The position numbers were made by a program, and so were the translations under genes. A model generated the notes under the pieces. That model saw only the letters and a program-made list of their open reading frames with translations, made no database searches and was not told where the DNA came from. A stretch of 64,000 bases of DNA from Saccostrea cucullata (Eukaryota), in assembly GCF_032062105.1 (NCBI RefSeq), contig NW_026930592.1:248001-312000 (forward strand), in the 5' to 3' direction. Below, piece by piece: positions 62,849-64,000 of this stretch. The first letter of the stretch is position 1; each line of letters begins with the position of its first letter.

Positions 62849-63223
62849 TCAAGTCTGCGGTATACTTTGATAACTGACTGAACCTGAAAATGATGAATTC
62901 ATCAAATTATACCTTCCCTGTCTATTGCAACAGTTACCAATCATTTTACGATATTTCCCCCTGATGTTTTTGTCAAGCAAACAAAACAAAATAAAGTTTC
63001 CTCGCGCTTGTGCACTGTCCCCTGCACATTGAAAATAACTGAGAATATTGTCTACGTCCATTGCTGTTTTGGACTCTGTGTTAGAAATAGCAATGAAGAA
63101 TGTTGTTGTTCCCCAAATTCGAAGTAAGTAGAGAATAATCCACATGAAGCAGAATCGTTCATCTTCATTTTTTAGATTCCCACTAACTACATCACTCCAA
63201 CAGATGTTTTTATCTTTTTGTCT
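62849..63223 (-). CDS. GPR157-like copy F, last exon only (paralogue of C)
   Basis: Acceptor at 63224-63225, then RQKDKNICW...EDERFCFMWIILYLLRIWG. Upstream exons are not seen before 64000, so it may be a pseudogene. Confidence 0.65.
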   Translation of the reverse strand, partial: RQKDKNICWSDVVSGNLKNEDERFCFMWIILYLLRIWGTTTFFIAISNTESKTAMDVDNILSYFQCAGDSAQARGNFILFCLLDKNIRGKYRKMIGNCCNRQGRYNLMNSSFSGSVSYQSIPQT

Positions 63224-64000
63224 CTAAAAATACCATTTTTCATTGCATATTTATAAAATAAGAAAAAAACATAGCAAACTTATTTGTTATTTGTAAGGTC
63301 AATACGATGATTTAGCGACCTAAGGAGTACAATATTAACACAGCCCATCAATATTACAATATCACGGTGGTCAATATTGTACTGCGAAGAAGTCTAAATT
63401 ATCGTATTGACCATAATACTGCACTATTTGTTTTATTTTATGATTCAATGATTAAATGAAACAAATTCATTAAGCTGTTCGTGCCATCTTACGTGTTCAC
63501 ATTTGCTAATGAAGTCCTAGCCAAACGAAATGAGAAAAACGGGATCAAAGAATCTTAACAATTCTTGATTAAGTCCTGACTAAAAGAAAATACACATTGC
63601 TACAATATTTTTTCTTGGGGGGGGGGGGGGGGGGGTCGTTGGAGTGGAGTAAAGGATGGAGGATTGACGTCTATTCATGAGCCTTTTAATGAATATGTTT
63701 ATTCTAAATTAAATTTAAAGATATACCTTCAGAAAAAGGTTTGGGGGCTGCAACCCAAACCCCACCATCCCCACCCAAATTATATATTCCCTTTTGTTAG
63801 ATGTTCACCTGAATGGAAGTTGGTATCAAGTGAAATAGCTTTCCAAAAAACTATTTGGAATTTCCATGTCTATTTTGAGACTATTGTAGATGAATTAAAT
63901 CCTTATATTGACTTTGAACGTCACCTGCAGATGGATAAATGTATAACGTAATATTTTTTCTACATTGTTGGATCTCAGCCAATCACAGAGGGTGGGGGAG

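Overview
AT-rich eukaryotic DNA with spliceosomal introns. The repeat content (Helentron-associated elements with a ~166-bp satellite, tRNA-derived SINEs, Penelope-like RT remnants) points to a bivalve, most likely an oyster; this is an inference. Genes: the 5' part of TRPC4AP (minus, ATG 9473, running off the left edge), a head-to-head intronless 502-aa orphan ORF, a type II membrane C-type lectin (EPN/WND), a disrupted C1q-domain gene, and a tandem array of GPR157-like 7TM genes (4 intact, 1 pseudogene, 1 partial). The largest structure is a 13.8-kb TIR element at 41279-55110 with TATGG...CCATA ends and a 6-bp TSD (IS3EU-like). Its arms carry phased arrays of the palindrome AGAGATATCTCT with mirror-conserved spacing. 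Its interior looks like two convergent spliced non-coding units, with nested elements confined to the predicted introns. Other highlights are a minisatellite built from a TRPC4AP splice donor, an apparent TRPC4AP frameshift, a three-level nested transposon stack, and GC-AG introns in two GPCR paralogues. All coordinates and alignments were worked out by eye; no database searches were run.
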